From IMG/VR virus record IMGVR_UViG_3300043410_001471, positions 1 to 64,000 of that record: DNA of 64,000 nucleotides; one strand, 5' to 3'. The notes under the pieces were generated by a model. That model did not search any database, was not told where the DNA came from, and worked only from the letters and a program-made list of their open reading frames with translations. Of the stretch, positions 45,859-55,287 are shown one piece after another. Position numbers and translations under genes: made by a program. The first letter of the stretch is position 1. Each line of letters starts with the position of its first letter. Origin of the DNA: a virus.

Positions 45859-48123
45859 ATGAAAGGAACTTTTTTTTCAATGGACTTCATCGAAGATGTT
45901 GATGGTAATGTTCGTTTAATGGAAATTAATACGGATACCGCAATAGTTGAAGGTGGAATAACTAATTTAGATTTTACTGATTTTATAGATATGCTTGATG
46001 CAAATTCTATAACCGAAGTACATACAATTTCAAAAGCGTTTCAATCCGGTTTTGTAAATGCGTTATCACAAAGTTTAAGTGAGGATGCACCATTTATAAC
46101 TGTATTCGAAAATCATATGGAAGAAGATTCTACCATATACCCATCTTCAGTAGTCGATACTACCGATAGATTTATAATGAGATTGGCTTATGATGAGGCT
46201 GCTATATTCGATTCTGAATATGCTAAAAATAAATTGGCTCCATTAGATTTGTTCTATACAAATGATGATACTGGTTCTATTGTAGAGTATTATGTTTCAT
46301 CGTCTGCAAATGGTGTTACTGATATATTACCAATGGATTTCAATTCAGCGGAAATGCCGGATATCGCAGTTAAGAATTTGAATACAAATGTAAATAATTC
46401 TATTAAGTTTTTCAAAATAGGACACTCTTCATCTGAAACGGATGTTAGATATGATAAAGTAAAGGAAGCATTTTCTGAAAATAATCTTATTATTAAATTC
46501 TATGAAAATCCTTCAGATACTAAAGTTAAAAGTATTCGTTCAGTAAATGTAATCTACGGACCTAATTTGGATGTAATTACATTTGGTAGCTTCATAAGTG
46601 AGGCTTTATTTGAAAAACCTGTATCTTTAGAATTTGATGATGAAGTTATTATAACTAATTCAAATGTTAAACATTATTATGAATTAACTACAAACTATCC
46701 AAGATTTACAAATGTAAACAATTGGGGTGGAATCTTTGAAGAAGAAGAAGTAGTTAAAGCAGATGGTGGTAATATTTTAATAGGTAGTGCATCGGTTGGT
46801 ACTGAATTGAAATCATACTTTATCGAAGGTGCACCCAATACGGATGTTGTATCAGAATTCATGCAATGGTCTTCTCCAGGTTCTTCAATGCCATCGGGTT
46901 CATATGAAACTTCATCTGTTGTTGTTAATAATATTGAACAAGAGTTATCAAATAACACAATATTCCACTTAGTTATGGAAGATGGTTCTGATTTCAGAGC
47001 ATCGGGTGGAGCACACTTATTGGTATACGATAATGAAAAAGATGTATTGAGATATGAATCAGTTTCTAAAATAGATGAATCACTTCATAAGTTAGTTAAT
47101 TTGGATGGCGGTTTGGTTAATATATCTGCATCATATGGTGAGATATTAGATGGTGATTATAAAACTATCATTGTCGATATGGAAACTACCGATACATTCT
47201 TCTTATATAATGGTGGATTAAGTGTTAAAATTGTAACACATAACTGCTTCCCAGCTGGAACTAAAATTACTTTAGCAGATGGTTCTGAAAAGAACATCGA
47301 AGATTTAACAACCGATGATAAGTTATTAACTTACAATGAAAAAACGGGTATATTATCGGAAGGTACAATTGGTAACATTGTAAAGAAAAAAGAATTCTTA
47401 CTAATACAATTGGAATCAGAAGATGGTTCTATTGTTAAATCAACTGCTCTTCACAAATTCTATGTAAAAGGAAAAGGATGGGTAGCAGCGCAAGATATCG
47501 TAAAAGGTGATGTGTTAATTAAGAAAGATAAAAGTGAAACGATTGTAGTTGATAGAAACGATTTAAGTGGTGAGGTTGATGTATATCATATTATTGATGT
47601 TAAAGATAATCACACTTATTTTGCAGAAGGATTATTAGTACATAATTTCAAATATAGTGGTGGTTCTTGCTTTGTAGCAGGAACTAAAGTAACTATGGGA
47701 GATGGTTCTGAAAAGAATATTGAAGATGTAGTTGTTGGAGATGAAGTACTTTCTTTCAATGAATCTACTTTACAAAATGAAGTTAAGAAAGTAATTGGAT
47801 TAAAAACTCCAATTCACAATGATTTAGTTAAATACGAATTTGCAAATCAAACTTCAATAACTTCTACATTTGACCATCCATTCTATGTTGGTAATTTGGA
47901 ATTGGCATCATTTACTCCATTCTTAACTAATAAAAGATATGAATTGGATAGAGATGTTAGACAAATTAAAGTAGGTGATATGGTTTATTTATCTAATGGT
48001 GTTAGTAAAACAGCCATCAAAGATATCATTGAATTGGATGAGAAAGATACTCAAACATATATCATAACAGTGGAAGATAACCATAATTTTTACGCTAACG
48101 GAATTTTAGTACATAATAAATAA
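45859..48123 (+). CDS. large protein ending in two tandem Hint (intein-like/BIL) domains
   Basis: Hint 1 at 47245..47646 (CFPAGTKI...TALHKF...VHN) and Hint 2 at 47668..48117 (CFVAGTKV...TFDHPF...VHN-K-stop). The N-terminal residues DFIEDVDGNVRLMEINT resemble the C-terminal motif of ATP-grasp enzymes. Confidence 0.7.
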   Translation: MKGTFFSMDFIEDVDGNVRLMEINTDTAIVEGGITNLDFTDFIDMLDANSITEVHTISKAFQSGFVNALSQSLSEDAPFITVFENHMEEDSTIYPSSVVDTTDRFIMRLAYDEAAIFDSEYAKNKLAPLDLFYTNDDTGSIVEYYVSSSANGVTDILPMDFNSAEMPDIAVKNLNTNVNNSIKFFKIGHSSSETDVRYDKVKEAFSENNLIIKFYENPSDTKVKSIRSVNVIYGPNLDVITFGSFISEALFEKPVSLEFDDEVIITNSNVKHYYELTTNYPRFTNVNNWGGIFEEEEVVKADGGNILIGSASVGTELKSYFIEGAPNTDVVSEFMQWSSPGSSMPSGSYETSSVVVNNIEQELSNNTIFHLVMEDGSDFRASGGAHLLVYDNEKDVLRYESVSKIDESLHKLVNLDGGLVNISASYGEILDGDYKTIIVDMETTDTFFLYNGGLSVKIVTHNCFPAGTKITLADGSEKNIEDLTTDDKLLTYNEKTGILSEGTIGNIVKKKEFLLIQLESEDGSIVKSTALHKFYVKGKGWVAAQDIVKGDVLIKKDKSETIVVDRNDLSGEVDVYHIIDVKDNHTYFAEGLLVHNFKYSGGSCFVAGTKVTMGDGSEKNIEDVVVGDEVLSFNESTLQNEVKKVIGLKTPIHNDLVKYEFANQTSITSTFDHPFYVGNLELASFTPFLTNKRYELDRDVRQIKVGDMVYLSNGVSKTAIKDIIELDEKDTQTYIITVEDNHNFYANGILVHNK

Positions 48124-48284
48124 AATAATATGGCACAAGTATATAAAACATTTACAAAAGCTGATTTAACCAATAAGGGTGTAGCCCCTACTACTACTTT
48201 ACAAAAACAAAAAATAGCACAAATAATTACAAACTTTGTTGCATATTTTAAGTTAAAGCATATGTAATTTAAAACAAATAGGTT

Positions 48285-48788
48285 ATGGTTATATTCACTA
48301 AAGAAGAATGTGAGTATATTAAATCATTTTATTATACGGAAAAAGAATCATCTTCTAATGATGTACAACATTATGGAGATGTATCAATAAAATTTAGCAA
48401 TTCATCTGCTAAGTTTATATCTACTACTAATAAAGAACTCATAGAATTTTTATTAAATAAATTAAAACCATATGGTATCAAATCGATACCTATGGTTAAA
48501 TTTATGCGTTATCAAACTGGTGATAGTTTAGCAAGACATACTGATTTTGATAAGTATGGTGTTGATAAAATATATAAAACATTTTTAATTCAAATGTCAA
48601 ATTCGGAAGATTATGTTGGTGGCGATTTAATAGTTGGTAAAGATGTTCAATCAAGAGAGCAAGGGTGGTTATCTATTATAAACCCAACAACTCCACATGA
48701 AGTTACAAAAATGATTTCAGGTGAACGAATATCTTTAGTATTATTTTTAAGTGGAGAAAATTTGGATTTAAAAAAATCATTAATATAA
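48285..48788 (+). CDS. 2OG-Fe(II) oxygenase (prolyl-hydroxylase-like)
   Basis: HxD motif ARHTDFD, distal His PHEVTK, Arg/Ser ERISLVLF. Confidence 0.55.
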   Translation: MVIFTKEECEYIKSFYYTEKESSSNDVQHYGDVSIKFSNSSAKFISTTNKELIEFLLNKLKPYGIKSIPMVKFMRYQTGDSLARHTDFDKYGVDKIYKTFLIQMSNSEDYVGGDLIVGKDVQSREQGWLSIINPTTPHEVTKMISGERISLVLFLSGENLDLKKSLI

Positions 48789-49174
48789 TGTATTCTTTAT
48801 ATAAATTTCAAACAAGAGGAATTGGTGTAATATCTGATATGGATATTATTAAAGATACTTTTATTGGAAATTATTTTTCTAAAAATGAACAATTGACGCC
48901 TAATAGTAGATTGATATATAATGGTTGGGTTGAAACGAATCCATTGGGTAGATACTTGAATCACAATATTAATTCGAATTTATATTTGATTAAAAAGGAT
49001 AATGTAATTGAATTATATACAAATGAAAATATATTTGCGCATACTGAATTAACTATAAATTATATGGATATAATAGAATTAATAGATTTACCAGAACACT
49101 TAATTTTAGAGTATGGTATATCCGATTTTAATTATATTGAAGAAACGATAAATTTAAATAAAAATATAATATAA
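48788..49174 (+). CDS. SET-domain protein (divergent paralog)
   Basis: GIGVISDMDIIKDTFIG, RYLNHNINSNL (compare NHSCNPN), ELTINY (compare ELTFDY). Confidence 0.5.
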   Translation: MYSLYKFQTRGIGVISDMDIIKDTFIGNYFSKNEQLTPNSRLIYNGWVETNPLGRYLNHNINSNLYLIKKDNVIELYTNENIFAHTELTINYMDIIELIDLPEHLILEYGISDFNYIEETINLNKNII

Positions 49175-49584
49175 TGGTTACATTGATATCTCCAACTAAA
49201 GTAGAAGTAAGAACATCTCCTATACATGGGTATGGAGTATTTGCTACTGATAAAATAAATAAAGGTGAAGTAATAGAAGAATGTCATCTTTTAACAATAC
49301 CATTCAAATTAGGAACATTCGATTCCTTTTTAGTTAATCATAAGTTTAATTTCCCATCAATAGGTAAAGTTGAAGAATATGTAATACCATTAGGTTATGG
49401 AGCTATATATAACCATTCGGATAATAATAACGCATTCTGGCGTACAAATATAGAACATAAAACATTTGAATTTGTAGCAGTTAGAGATATAGAAATTGGA
49501 GAAGAAGTGTGTACTTATTATGGTGATAGTACTTATTGGGAGACTGTTAATAAATTTACAAACGAAAAAGTTAAAGTAATATAA
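49174..49584 (+). CDS. minimal SET-domain lysine methyltransferase, chlorovirus vSET-like
   Basis: HGYGVFATDKINKGEVIEEC, LGYGAIYNHSDNNNA, IEIGEEVCTYYGDSTYW; close alignment with the recalled PBCV-1 vSET sequence. Confidence 0.7.
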   Translation: MVTLISPTKVEVRTSPIHGYGVFATDKINKGEVIEECHLLTIPFKLGTFDSFLVNHKFNFPSIGKVEEYVIPLGYGAIYNHSDNNNAFWRTNIEHKTFEFVAVRDIEIGEEVCTYYGDSTYWETVNKFTNEKVKVI

Positions 49585-50315
49585 TGAAATTAGTTTATAG
49601 TTTTACTACAAAAATGGGTAACTATACCGATAATGATTGGGTAGTAATTTACTATAAAGCAGCTATGCTTAGAGCTAGAGAATTGGGGTATAAAATAAAA
49701 TTGTATGGTTGTAATTTTATGTATGAATCTCTTATAGATTATATAGATGAATTCGTTAGTATAGAAGATGAGGAATTTATATTGACAGATGATTTAAAAA
49801 TGTTTATACATTCTAAAGAAGGGTTGGATTGTATAACAATTGATGGTGATATAATATTAGAATCAAAATTAATATTACCGGATGATTGTGATGTTTTATT
49901 TGAAACAAAGTTATTGAATACTAAAAATCAAAAGTTTATAAAATATTTGGATATCTTTAAAAAATATAAAACAATCGAATTTATAAACGGATTTGATTAT
50001 GATGGATTAAGTGCATGTAATGTTGGTATTTTAAAATTTAATAACATACATACTAAGAATTTATTATTGAATAGATACTATCAGTTTAGAAAGTGGTATT
50101 TAGAAGTAATAGAACCAACTGAAAATTTAACTCAATGGGATGACCCTGCTATTATAATGTGTGAATATTATTTTGCAAGAATTATGGATAAAAACAATAT
50201 ATCTTATAAATTTTGTAAAGATTTCAATGATTATACACATTATGCTTCTGAATTAAAATTTCAACAAAAATTCTTTAATCACATAAATGCTATTTTTAAT
50301 AAACGAATTTTATAA
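49584..50315 (+). CDS. hypothetical protein, tandem paralog A (possible GT-A glycosyltransferase, DGD motif)
   Basis: CITIDGDIILES and GILKFNN shared with the downstream paralog. Confidence 0.4.
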   Translation: MKLVYSFTTKMGNYTDNDWVVIYYKAAMLRARELGYKIKLYGCNFMYESLIDYIDEFVSIEDEEFILTDDLKMFIHSKEGLDCITIDGDIILESKLILPDDCDVLFETKLLNTKNQKFIKYLDIFKKYKTIEFINGFDYDGLSACNVGILKFNNIHTKNLLLNRYYQFRKWYLEVIEPTENLTQWDDPAIIMCEYYFARIMDKNNISYKFCKDFNDYTHYASELKFQQKFFNHINAIFNKRIL

Positions 50316-51019
50316 TGAATCTTATTTATACTTTCGATAAAAATGTTTATAAAAACGATTCTCATAAATTTGATATTATTAAATCTTATTATATCAATAG
50401 TATCAATTCTGCTAAACGATTGGGATACAAAACTGAAATTTATACCAATTCGGATATATTCAATAATCACATTGATATTACTAATACCACTTCAAATGAA
50501 TTTACATTTTGGGATGGATTTAAAACATTACCATTATTAGATGATACAAATGGTTTATTAGTAGATGGTGATATAATATTTGATTCTAAAATGCCTGAAT
50601 TTACAAATGATATTGATTTGTATTTCGATGGGTGGGAGAGTTGGTTGGATTTATATTCAGAATGTGTAAATGAATTAACATTATTAGGAATAAATGAAAT
50701 CATACCCGAATGGGAATCAGTTCCTCAAAGAGTCATCAACATAGGAATTCTTAAAATAAATAATGTCCAATTAAAAGAATTGTATTTAGATAGGTGGTAT
50801 AAGATGTATAATTTTTGTAATATGAACAAACATAATATGAAATATTTTTATATGTGTTGTACAATTACATCTCAATATTTATTAACAATATTATCTAAGA
50901 ATTATAGAATACAAAACTTGTCAAATAGATTAGGTAAACCTAATGGATATTATACACATTTCGTAGGTCAGCAAAAATACAAATCAAATCCACTATCAAT
51001 CGAAAAATCTATTATATGA
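50315..51019 (+). CDS. hypothetical protein, tandem paralog B
   Basis: LLVDGDIIFDS and GILKINN; ATGA overlaps on both sides. Confidence 0.4.
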   Translation: MNLIYTFDKNVYKNDSHKFDIIKSYYINSINSAKRLGYKTEIYTNSDIFNNHIDITNTTSNEFTFWDGFKTLPLLDDTNGLLVDGDIIFDSKMPEFTNDIDLYFDGWESWLDLYSECVNELTLLGINEIIPEWESVPQRVINIGILKINNVQLKELYLDRWYKMYNFCNMNKHNMKYFYMCCTITSQYLLTILSKNYRIQNLSNRLGKPNGYYTHFVGQQKYKSNPLSIEKSII

Positions 51020-52254
51020 AAATATATGTACATCACTGGTTTACCGATGAATTATTTATTAAATTAGCACATAATACTACTAATAGAGTTTATGAATTAT
51101 CCGATTTTAATTTTCAAAAAATAGGTAAAGTTAGTTGTGAATATAATGATTTAAAAATAGAATTTATTTTTAATCCGGAATTGAATGATAATACCGATGG
51201 GTATCATTTAATAGATTTTTTTACATCATTAAGGAAAAGGCATTTCTACGATTATTATAACGATATAGATGTTAGTGATGGTGTAGAAGATACTCCATTT
51301 ATAAAAAGATTTGCCGAATTATTGAAGGATAAGAATGGTTGGATTATAATGTTATTACGAACAGAGAAGATAATAGATTCCTTAGATACCAATGATTATT
51401 ATATTGTTAAATTGGAGGAAGAACTTCTAAAATTAAATCAGCATATAATTGTTACTGATAATTTTTTTGTAAATGATAAAATACGAAATACATATCCAAA
51501 CATATATTTTGCATTAACAAATACGATATGGCAATGGAACGAATTAATTAATATAAGATATTGGTATGAATTTTCCAACATATTTTCAAAATTAAACTTT
51601 GATTATAAATTAATGTATTCTATAAGAAGGCATAAAAAATATAGAATAGAAATACTTAAAAATTTAGCAAAGTTAAATAACAAAGATATCCTATTACAAC
51701 GGGCCGATTTTTTTAAAAATGATTCATATCATTTATACGATTCTGAATTAGTTGAATTAAAAAATGTGAATTTAAATTCCTTAGAAGGATTGAGTGATTT
51801 TCAAAATCTTAAATTATTAGATTATCAAATGGGTGTTGAATATGAAGTATTTTTTAGATTTTTAAATCTATCAAAAATGCAAATATTGGATGAGAGTTGG
51901 TCTTGGTATAAGGGAGATTTCACATCACAATATCTTTCTGAAAAATCATATGGATTACTATTAGCTAAGATACCATTTATATCAACTCACTCATATCCAT
52001 TAGATGTTATTCAATCTATGTTGAATATAAGACCACATCCATTTTATAAAGAATCAAAAGAATGTAAAGGTGACCCTATAAAATTTACCGAATATGTAGA
52101 TAACTTTTTAATTAATTTTGATTATAATTATCAATTGTGTAAAGAATGGACAGATGAGTGCCATAATTTACTTATAGAAAAATTAGAAAACGAAAACTCA
52201 TTTTTAGAATTATTAAGCAACGGATTTAAAAAATCGATTAAATTACTTTTATAA
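51016..52254 (+). CDS. putative glycosyltransferase, paralog 3 of the 29955/31024 family
   Basis: YSIRRHKKYRIEIL and LSEKSYGLLLAKIPFIS match the paralog motifs. Confidence 0.35.
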   Translation: MKIYVHHWFTDELFIKLAHNTTNRVYELSDFNFQKIGKVSCEYNDLKIEFIFNPELNDNTDGYHLIDFFTSLRKRHFYDYYNDIDVSDGVEDTPFIKRFAELLKDKNGWIIMLLRTEKIIDSLDTNDYYIVKLEEELLKLNQHIIVTDNFFVNDKIRNTYPNIYFALTNTIWQWNELINIRYWYEFSNIFSKLNFDYKLMYSIRRHKKYRIEILKNLAKLNNKDILLQRADFFKNDSYHLYDSELVELKNVNLNSLEGLSDFQNLKLLDYQMGVEYEVFFRFLNLSKMQILDESWSWYKGDFTSQYLSEKSYGLLLAKIPFISTHSYPLDVIQSMLNIRPHPFYKESKECKGDPIKFTEYVDNFLINFDYNYQLCKEWTDECHNLLIEKLENENSFLELLSNGFKKSIKLLL

Positions 52255-52288
52255 TTGGTTTTTTAATATTTTTTTCGTATATTTGATT

Positions 52289-52606
52289 ATGATTATATTA
52301 CCACAAACACCGATAACTGATTCATCTTTTGATAGATGGAAGTGTCATAGAATAGAAACAACCCAATTGGGAGAAAATCTTCATTACTATATAATTCCTT
52401 TAGTTGATATAGATGAAGATGAATTACAAGATTTAGAACATATGCCGGCATTATTTAGTTCAATGTCGGATGAATTTGAAAATGAAAAGGGTAAACCTGT
52501 TTTCACAGTCCGATTATTTGATGATGATTTGCCTGAATTGGAATTCGAAGAAGAAGTAGAAATTTTATATAAGATATTAACAAAGAAAGAAATTTTCCTT
52601 AAATAA
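52289..52606 (+). CDS. acidic hypothetical protein (leaderless)
   Basis: ATG 4 nt after the -7 box TATATTTG (52278-52285); the listed TTG start at 52283 is replaced. Confidence 0.45.
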   Translation: MIILPQTPITDSSFDRWKCHRIETTQLGENLHYYIIPLVDIDEDELQDLEHMPALFSSMSDEFENEKGKPVFTVRLFDDDLPELEFEEEVEILYKILTKKEIFLK

Positions 52607-52708
52607 TTTGGAAATTTAAAAAAATTGTTGTATATTTGAGGTATCTTTTTATAATACAGTACTTGACAGCACTGAAAAACTTAAAATTAAAAAATAAAAT
52701 CTAAAAGT

Positions 52709-53356
52709 ATGAAACAAAAATCAGAACAAGAATTAAAGCAGAACTACGATAAGTTCATTGCTATTATCAACAAGTATTTCACAGGAGAAAGATTAGAGAA
52801 ACTCCTTTTCATGTATTCAGAAAATGAATTGGGAGTGAATTTAGCAATATCACCAGCAAGTGGAAATGCTGGATATCATAATTGTTACACAGGTGGTTAT
52901 ATTGACCATATTTTCAATGTTTGTAAGAACGCACTTAAAGTTAAAGAATTATTTATTCAGTTAGGAGGTAAACCTGATTTTACCGATGAGGAATTAATAT
53001 TTTGTGCATTACATCACGACTTAGGTAAGTTAGGAACAAAGGGTAAACCATTTTATATACCCAATCCTTCGGAATGGCATATCAAAAATCAAGGTAAAGT
53101 ATTTACATCTAACGATGAGTTGGATTTTATGACTCATACAGATAGAACTATGTTTACTTTACAACATTATGGTATTTCAGTAACAGAGAAAGAATACTTT
53201 GGTATGAAACTTACGGATGGATTATACGATGAAGATAATGTAAAATATTTAAAAGTATATGATTCTAAAAAAGCAATCAAATCAAATCTTCCTCATTTGA
53301 TGCATTGGGCTGACCATATGAGTACTGTAATTGAGTCACAAGATAATACTATTTAA
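52709..53356 (+). CDS. HD-domain phosphohydrolase
   Basis: CALHHDLGKLG motif. Confidence 0.6.
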   Translation: MKQKSEQELKQNYDKFIAIINKYFTGERLEKLLFMYSENELGVNLAISPASGNAGYHNCYTGGYIDHIFNVCKNALKVKELFIQLGGKPDFTDEELIFCALHHDLGKLGTKGKPFYIPNPSEWHIKNQGKVFTSNDELDFMTHTDRTMFTLQHYGISVTEKEYFGMKLTDGLYDEDNVKYLKVYDSKKAIKSNLPHLMHWADHMSTVIESQDNTI

Positions 53357-53443
53357 TGACAATTTGTCATAGTTAATTCGGTTGGTATAGAAATTGAACT
53401 ATATTAACCGAATTTTTATTTTAAACTAAAAACATTTACTATT

Positions 53444-53827
53444 ATGTACACAGCAAATTTAAAAAACTTATTAGATTTATTTGAAACACAATTACCAGCA
53501 ACTTATGCATCTACAAAATACACATCAACTATTACCGATTACGATGTGAAGCAATTGGAAGATGGTAAGCAACAATTGACATTGAGTGTTTTAGGACACG
53601 ATGTTAAGAATATTAAATTAGAAGTTACCGAAGATAAGGTAACAATTAAAGCAAAAAAAGAAGAAGGTGCTTCTCCATTGGTTGAAGATATCGATGCTAC
53701 ATTTAGTGTGGGTAAAGATTACGATGGAACTAAAACAGAAGCTAAATTTTCTAATGGGTTACTTATTTTAACAATTGATAAGAAGGAAGAAAGAAAGAGC
53801 AAATCTATTCAAATTAAAGTTGGTTAA
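53444..53827 (+). CDS. Hsp20/alpha-crystallin-like small heat-shock protein
   Basis: Beta-sandwich-like pattern IKLEVTEDKVTIKAKKEE...AKFSNGLLILTIDKK. Confidence 0.4.
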   Translation: MYTANLKNLLDLFETQLPATYASTKYTSTITDYDVKQLEDGKQQLTLSVLGHDVKNIKLEVTEDKVTIKAKKEEGASPLVEDIDATFSVGKDYDGTKTEAKFSNGLLILTIDKKEERKSKSIQIKVG

Positions 53828-53851
53828 TTCGATTTTTTTTCGTATCTTTAA

Positions 53852-53886
53852 TGGGTAGAGCAATTGTGTTCTACCCATTTTTTTAT
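53852..53886 (+). terminator. hairpin plus T-run (terminator or 5' leader structure)
   Basis: GGGTAGAG...CTACCC followed by ATTTTTTTA, immediately after the -7-like box TATCTTTA. Confidence 0.35.
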
Positions 53887-53905
53887 TTATAAACTATTTA
53901 TTAGT

Positions 53906-54082
53906 ATGATTTACAACGAACAAATACAAAACCTATTAGAATCTTTAGATGGTAAATTAAGGATTTTACAAAACGGAATCACTGGTGCACAAAAGATGAC
54001 ACCCAATGAGGCTCATAAAACTTTAGAAGATTCAAGAAGAATAATTGAGCGTGTTGCCGAATTAACAAGAATCAATCGATAA
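53906..54082 (+). CDS. small hypothetical protein
   Basis: ORF 53864..54082 trimmed to the ATG downstream of the hairpin. Confidence 0.4.
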   Translation: MIYNEQIQNLLESLDGKLRILQNGITGAQKMTPNEAHKTLEDSRRIIERVAELTRINR

Positions 54083-54083
54083 A

Positions 54084-55247
54084 ATGAATTGGCTTAAATA
54101 TTTAGTGGGTTTTTCCGCACTAATTATTGCAGGATGTGCGGCATATTTCTCTGTAACTGGTTTGGGTGTTCTTTTTGCAGGAGCATCTATATCAGTTATG
54201 GTAATGGCATCTTCATTAGAGTTTGCTAAATTAGTTGCAGCAACTTATCTCAAACAAAAATGGGATGAAATACAAGGATTTAATAAATGGTACTTAACTT
54301 CAGCAGTAGCATTGTTGATGTTAATCACTTCAGCAGGTATTTTTGGATATCTTTCTAACGCTTTCCAAGCACAATCTCTAAAATTACAAACAGTCGATAG
54401 AGAAATCGCTGTTTTTCAAACAAAAATTGACCAAAATACGGCTCAAATTACTCAATTAAACGAACAATTGAGTGGATTATCTCAAACTCAATCAACAATT
54501 TTAGAAAAAGGTAAGGTAAACAATCGTTTATTGCGTAGTATTGACAGTAAAGACCGACAAACTTCAAAAATTAACAAAAAAATCGAAGATTTACAATCGG
54601 AAAATGCTAAAAATACCGAAAAAATCAACGAAATTAAACTTGCTAACTTAGATTTAGAGAAAGAAGTTGGTGGATTCCGATTCGTTGCTGAAGCATTTGG
54701 TGTCGATATGAAAGATGTTGTAAAATTCTTCATATTTTTGATTGTAATCGTATTTGACCCATTAGCAGTGGCTCTAATTATCGCATTTAATGGATTGGTT
54801 TCAGATAAAAAGCGTAAACAAAAAGAGGCTTTGATTGAAATGATGGAAAATGATGAAAAATTGGGGTTATATGAGGTTAATAATGATAAAAAAGAAGAAC
54901 TTTTATCAAAAATGGCAGAAGATAATCAAAAATTGGGATTATATGAGGTTTATGGTGATACGAAAGAAGATATAGTGGAAAATATTTCACAAAATACCGA
55001 AGATAGTGGAAAAACACCAACATTAGAAGAAGAAAATGAGGTTATTGTGGAAAATTCCCAACAAATAAAATCTGAACCATTAAATCTAAAGTGGGAAGAT
55101 TATATGCATCCAGACTTTCCTTGGTCTAAACGTGAATTGTGGATTAATAACACAAAAGCCGTAAATTATTGGATGAATAACAAAGGTGGTACACCAAGAG
55201 ACTTAGCAAAAATCAGAAACGAAGAAGAAAATACAAAAACTTACTAA
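54084..55247 (+). CDS. membrane-anchored coiled-coil protein with internal tandem repeats
   Basis: Two N-terminal TM segments, a long coiled coil, and a repeated KLGLYEV unit. Confidence 0.55.
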   Translation: MNWLKYLVGFSALIIAGCAAYFSVTGLGVLFAGASISVMVMASSLEFAKLVAATYLKQKWDEIQGFNKWYLTSAVALLMLITSAGIFGYLSNAFQAQSLKLQTVDREIAVFQTKIDQNTAQITQLNEQLSGLSQTQSTILEKGKVNNRLLRSIDSKDRQTSKINKKIEDLQSENAKNTEKINEIKLANLDLEKEVGGFRFVAEAFGVDMKDVVKFFIFLIVIVFDPLAVALIIAFNGLVSDKKRKQKEALIEMMENDEKLGLYEVNNDKKEELLSKMAEDNQKLGLYEVYGDTKEDIVENISQNTEDSGKTPTLEEENEVIVENSQQIKSEPLNLKWEDYMHPDFPWSKRELWINNTKAVNYWMNNKGGTPRDLAKIRNEEENTKTY

Positions 55248-55275
55248 AAAGTTTGGTATTGTAAAATAAATTTCT

Positions 55276-55283
55276 TATATTTG
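55276..55283 (+). promoter_or_regulatory. -7 box TATATTTG 4 nt upstream of the uvsE start (leaderless)
   Basis: TATATTTGAGTTATG. Confidence 0.4.
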
Positions 55284-55287
55284 AGTT

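Noticed and set aside
47245-48117. Bona fide protein-splicing inteins
   Set aside because: The residue following the first HN is Phe, and the second domain is followed only by Lys and the stop codon. There is no nucleophilic +1 residue and no C-extein. Classified instead as Hint/BIL-type autoprocessing domains.
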